64,000 bases of DNA from Sphagnum compactum (taxonomy: Eukaryota): assembly GCA_965153455.1 (NCBI GenBank), contig OZ234494.1, positions 12,214,001 through 12,278,000 on the forward strand. The letters run 5' to 3'. The position numbers were made by a program, and so were the translations under genes. This document shows positions 58,542 through 64,000 of this stretch, piece after piece. The notes below the pieces were generated by a model. It was not told the DNA's origin. It was given only the letters and a program-made list of their open reading frames with translations, and made no database searches. How positions within the stretch are numbered: the stretch's first letter is position 1; every line of letters starts with the position of its first letter.

Positions 58542-61500
58542 ATGGCAATAGTGACAGGAGATCGGTATCTGGATCTGCTCTCCAGATTTATCGAACAGCA
58601 GGCAGGGGCGCTCTTAGATGGTGGTCTGGTGCTCAAGCTCAACCCTGTGGGCTTGCACTATGTGCAAACGCGGTTGGAAGCGCTCCAGGAGTTGGAACAG
58701 CTCCGTAGTGGAGCTCCGGTGGATTACCTGAGAGCGTATGTGGCGGACCTCGGTGACCATAGAGCCTTGGAACAGCTGCGAAGGGTGCTGCGCTTGCTCG
58801 GCTCTCTACAGGTGGTTGCGGTTTTGCCGCCTCCGGCTCGAGACCCGACTCCCATCACGCTGCGCCCATTTTCGCGCCTGCGCTCTTTGGAGTTGCGAGG
58901 TTGTGATCTCTCTACTTCGGCTGCACGGGGGCTGCTGGAGTTGCGTCCCATCCTGGAGAAGCTCATCTGTCATAATTCTGCAGTTAAGCTCCTTCCCGAA
59001 TCCATCTTGATCCTTCTACCATGTCTTGCACCATTTTTGGGGGTTTGTTTTCTTCTCTCTCCGCTCCTTATTTCGCACCCATCATCTTCTCGAGAACCTC
59101 GTCCTCAGGAGAATCAATCTGACCGTCCGTCCAGTTTATTTGAGCCTTTGGGCGGGGGGAGCGAACCGCTCTGCTCACAAAGAAACAACCGTCAAGCTGC
59201 TTTAAATTTCCTTCCAAGTGTGTGTTTAGAGACCTTTAGGAATGTAGGATCTCGTGTAAGCTGTAGCATTTTCTGCATCTTCGGCTGCTGTTTCTTGCCC
59301 TTCACATGTTGTGCTGAAGAGGAAAAATCCTTCAATTTTCAAGGGTTTTAGGGCTAATTGTTCCACTCTAATGCATTGCAACTCTTCTCTTCAGTCATCT
59401 GGTAGCAATTCATGCACAAATTTTGTTAACCATAATGTTTTCACACTTTGGATTCATCACTCTATCAAACTATTGATAGAGTCAGAAGTCTGAAGTCTTG
59501 GCTTTGCTCCGAGTTGTATCATCTTCCTCTCCTTTTTCAATGTTCAGCATGTGAAGCCAATGGCAAGAGTTGGCAAAGTCCCACAATTATGTGAATGGAG
59601 TGAGATTTCATTTCTTGTGGTCACCAAACCTGTGGCCTAAGCAAGAAATCCCTGCAAATGCAACTCCAAATTGATGAAATATTGGCAGCAGTGGATTGAA
59701 ACAGATATGAAATAAGACATCAAAGAAATTCCATCACTTTTGTTTCTGGCAGTGCCATGCTCTTACTTCAGGGGTACAGACTACAGACCTGGCAGTAAAT
59801 TTGACCTGAACACAAAAATGTGGCCACTGTCATGTCAAAGAGGGCAACAGTCTTAGGTCATAATGAAGAGGCATGAATATGCAGTGGCCATTTCCCATGG
59901 ACACTTTGCTTTTGTTTGGGATACTGCTGTGCTTCAATTTGCAGTATAGTTGACTGTAAGCCCTAATCTAGGTGAATGCACAATGCTGTCATCATTGGCC
60001 ATGGAACATGCCCTAAAGCAGTCATATTGATTGAGGATTTCTTCTCTAGAGCAGGTAGGGTTGAGCATCCCATAACTTGGTTTCTTTGTATAGGAGAAGG
60101 GTCTGCTTTTAGACCGTTCACCTGCATAAAGGAACATGTGAGATTTTTGAAATTTTTTTAAAACAGGATGCTTATGAAATCATAAGGTCCTGTTGACCAT
60201 TGAGCGGGATCTTACACAGGTCATAAGATGCCACATGAGGTTATGTCTGAAAATTGACATAAACTAACACAGCTAAAATCTTGTCAGTTCTTTATGGTCT
60301 TAGCTGGTCCCACATCTGATTCATGGAGATGCTGGGGACTAATAGTGTTTGTAAGCTTACTTTTCCTAAGAACCCTACACAGAGGGACTAATTGATATCC
60401 CTTGAAATTTTGCAGAGTGTTTTGCGTCATATTTTTGTTGAGCGGACAGTTGAGATACAGGATGCACAAGTGTGGAGCAGATTGGCAACGGCAGCATGCC
60501 CATGCAATGGAATGGTCCTTATGGATGAGTCCTTGCAGCTGCTCCCTGCTGTTGAAGCCTTGGATCTGAGCAGGAATAACCTTGCTAAAGTGGCCAACCT
60601 CCAGAAATGCTTGAGGCTCAAGTTTCTTGATCTTGGGTTTAACCATATCACATCAGTGGCATCTTTAAATGAGGTACAAGTTCAAATTTATCAAAATATG
60701 GCCATGGGTACTTAGTCCCTCCATTTATCTGTACTGTCTTGGCAAGCAGGGAAGAAGAACTGCACAGTTGTCCATTCAGATTTGCACAGTTTATGATCGT
60801 CATGACATTTGCTGTGTCCTGATATAAGGTTATGGGGGTCACTCATGCAGGTAGTGGGTAACATCACCAAACTGGTTCTGAGGAACAATGCATTGGCTTC
60901 AACAAGAGGGATTGAAAAACTCTATTCGTTGGAAGCTCTTGACCTTTCACATAATATCATCTCCACCTTTCGTGAAGTAGAGTTGCTTGGTGGTGTCCCA
61001 GCACTTCACTCCTTGTGGCTAGAGGGCAATCCTGTCAGTGTCAGCACTTATTATCGAGAGGAAGTGTTTAGCTTTTTCTCTGATGCAAGTAAGGTAGGCC
61101 CACTTTGAAAGTATCAAGCATGCTTGTTTCACATTCTGTCATGAGTGGGGTGATAATTGATACCCCTACAAGTTTGGAGGCTATGCACAATATCTATCTC
61201 TGGTGTAACTAATATTTGTCAAACCCCTTGATTTTGCAGCTGGAATTGGATGGGAAGCTGATGACAAACATGGAATGGTGGGTTATGAGTAGAATAGTTT
61301 CTCAACGGACAAAGCAACGGGCTGGCTATGGTGTCTATGTCCCTGCAAAATCCCCACCCTTGTCATCATTTAATGCTGGCCAGCTGTCAAAAGCTACTGT
61401 AGTCCAACATCGGCCAGGACCCAGGGTACATGTAACTTAACACCACCCTCATGTTCTATCGTTGTATAACATGGAAGAAAGGTTGATGGCATGTAATCCT

Positions 61501-63308
61501 GTGGTCATGGACCTCACAGTTTTGATGTTTTTGTGCACATTTTTGTCATTAGGTTCTGCTTAACTAACTCCTGGACAAGTCCTTCAGGGGCTCTGCTTGG
61601 AAAGGGAGAAAGCACATAATGACCTGATGACCATTGAAGCACATTGGAATACTCCATTGTTTGGTCCTAGATGATTCTATTGTTCTAACGGTCTAGACGT
61701 TGTTCATTGTTATAGAGTTCCTCAAATTGTCACACAACTCCATTTCAAGGTTCTCAGTCTTTGAATGTGGATTAAAAGTATTTGCTGTCAAGTTCAGCTT
61801 TCCCACAATGAGCTGCTTGGTCAGAGTAGCTAAATTTGCTTGTTTTTGGTTTCACATTTGCAACCCATGGTGAACTTGTACTCTGTGCACACCATCCTGC
61901 TCCCTAGTAATGGCACATAAATTGAAACATTCTAGAAGATCTAAAGTGTGAGCTTCTGTAACAAAAAATAGAAATATGACTATGGCAATTTGTGGTTGAA
62001 GCCCTGTGGTTATTGATTAGATCCTCACATTCTGTGTGCTCTCTGGTCTGCAGAAAAAGAGCACACGACTGGCATCCATTGACGACACGAGTGGTGAGGA
62101 TTCGGCTGGAGCTGTTGACATCGTGCAACCAGATGTACAGCTGCCAGGTGCAGATAGTGAAGCCATCATGCCCGGGGTACCAGAAGTGACAGATCAAATA
62201 GATCCAGAGGTGGCCCAATTGATACAGCAAATTGAGAGCATGAAAAGAGAAGGTTCAAGCACATGGTTGAACAACCTTGATGGGTTTTGGGAGAACAGTG
62301 GGAGGAGGCCGAGCAGTGAAGAAAATTCTGAGCTGAACAGCAGCAGAGAGAATACTCCCAAGCAGAAAAGTCATCATTGGCACTGGATGAAGAGGAGAAA
62401 ACATGGAACAGGAGAGGTCAGGAGAAACCTTGAGGAACTCTTGGTCCCAAAAGGTCGACCCCATGACTCAAGAGACGTCCTGGAGAGTGCACCACCTCTG
62501 TTTGGAACCAAGGATGTTCGATTCAATGAAGAGGAGGAAGGTATTCTAGGCTCTTGGCAACCAAGAGATGATGGGGTTGATGGCCTGCCTGCATCACCAC
62601 CACACTATGACAGTGCTCTGTTGCACCGGCGCCAGCATTTGAATGCAGAGATGCTGCAACTGCCCCTTGACACAGGCTCTCCTACTTCCAGTGACAGTGA
62701 CAGCAATTCTCTCGATGGATCTCATGCTGCTGGCAGTGAAGGTGGACATGACAGCTCCTCCTCTGATGCAGATGAGGATAATGATGTCCAAACTGCTCCT
62801 CTTCAGACCAGTGATGATGCTGAGCTGTGGAAGGATAGTCATGCTGGGCCAAGCTCATCTGAGCCTGCTGAACCTACTCAAGCAGAGGTCAGTAAGGAAT
62901 CAAGCAAGTTGACAGCTAATGGGAGGGAGATGAAGCCATCTGAAGTACCTGAAACAGGCCAACAGTCACCCACATCTGCAGATGACATCATGGCAAGTGC
63001 TGGAGGAGGTACACCCCGACGAAGAAAGAAGCAAGCTCGGCGTATTGTGATACTGGAACCTGGAGCCAATCCGAATGAGCTTGTGAACTTTGGAGATAAG
63101 AGCCCTGCTACTGGAACAGGAGCATATCAGACTGGCGTTGCACCACGGCTTGCTGCTCCTCCAACATCACTTTTGAGGAGAGAATCGTCGCTTTCTTGTT
63201 GAGAGTGTAAAATTTGCAGGTGATATGAGTGAACAGATGGATGTCCCAAATATTGGAGTGTGGTGCTTGGTGGAAGTGTATAGATTGGGAATTTATTCCA
63301 AATTTCAG
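58542..63308 (+). CDS. Leucine-rich-repeat protein of the STK11IP/LIP1-like family, 5' part. Exons 58542-58982, 60416-60673, 60851-61093, 61240-61425, 62054-about 63130/63200, possible exon 63220-63308; may continue past the window
   Basis: Conserved plant N-terminus MAIVTGDRYL...LKLNPVGLHYVQTRLEALQELE...APVDYLRAYVADLGDHRALEQLRR; LRRs LDLSRNNL, LDLGFNHI, LVLRNNAL, LDLSHNII, LWLEGNP; PASPPHY motif; phase-0 GT-AG introns. Confidence 0.88.
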
Positions 63309-64000
63309 GTAGGTAGTTTCTGTGTTGCCTCAGTGTAGGCTTGTGGTCAAGTTGGTCTCATGTCATGTCTAGATGTTTTACTTGCTTAGCTTGATGGCCA
63401 TGTACATAATGAGATTATGGAAGTTGCGGGGTACCTTCCTCAAAGTATGGTGAGTTTCTGAGATTGAGATGCTACCTTTACTGGAGTCAGATATGCAAAA
63501 CTGCATCTTCATATATTGTATTGGGCATGCTTTCACCAATCCAGTAGGAGAAGAGTGGTTGTTTTGGACAGGAAGTTTTCATCATCCTTTTGACACATTT
63601 CGATTCAACCCCTGTCCTTCATTCATCTCTTGCAGATGTTCACACGCAAGTACTTGTGTGCCCCGAGCTCAATTTACAGCTGGCACAAGTGGCAGGATGC
63701 CTGAACTTTTGCTTTTTGCAGTCCTTTCTGATCTTGTTTGCCAAGATGTTTGGTTTATTACTTCAGAACTATTCTCTGAGTTCAAACAGGTTGCAGCTTA
63801 GTAGCTTGGAAAGATTGGATTCTCTTTCTCGTTCTCTCTATTCTCACTCTGACACTTGCAGTTTAGGAGCATGCACATGCAGGTGACAGGATTGGAAGAA
63901 GATACCAACAAACATGACACTGCTGACTGCAAATGATATGGTACCCACCCCTTCCCCTCCTGTAAATCCCTAGTCTAGTTGGCTACAGTGAAGCAGCACC

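Noticed and set aside
58009-58642. Three long minus-strand ORFs (170-209 aa) rich in Ser/Pro/Arg/Leu
   Set aside because: Antisense read-out of a purine-rich repeat that lacks stops by composition; not credible genes.

Overview
Eukaryotic, intron-rich land-plant nuclear DNA. It has GT-AG introns and scattered TTTAGGG/CCCTAAA motifs; gene style and repeat content suggest a moss such as Sphagnum, which is my inference only. Eight protein-coding genes can be assembled by hand from splice sites: the 3' half of a callose synthase (+), Elongin C (+), a RabA2/Rab11 GTPase (-), a Myb-like/DUF3755 protein (-), a TBC1D5-like Rab-GAP (-), a 21-exon organellar isoleucyl-tRNA synthetase (-), a USP-like (adenine nucleotide alpha-hydrolase fold) protein (-) and the 5' part of an STK11IP-like LRR protein (+). 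There is also a decayed OST48/DGL1 pseudogene, a degenerate hAT/ZNF862-type transposase relic, a non-autonomous hAT element with an 8-bp TSD, and Helitron-like repeats. I saw no tRNA, rRNA or CRISPR array. The most interesting unexplained signals are: (i) a miRNA-like stem whose arms are separated by a canonical-looking intron (12660-13073), next to a long inverted repeat; (ii) a 55-bp repeat that generates a ladder of overlapping AUGA-coupled uORFs before the LRR gene; (iii) a duplicated first-exon segment creating a uORF paralogous to its own main ORF; (iv) a TBC gene whose first conserved exon has no in-frame AUG; and (v) distinct minisatellites directly 5' of five genes, one packed with GTAC cores. 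All coordinates were read by eye, and no homology searches or folding were run.
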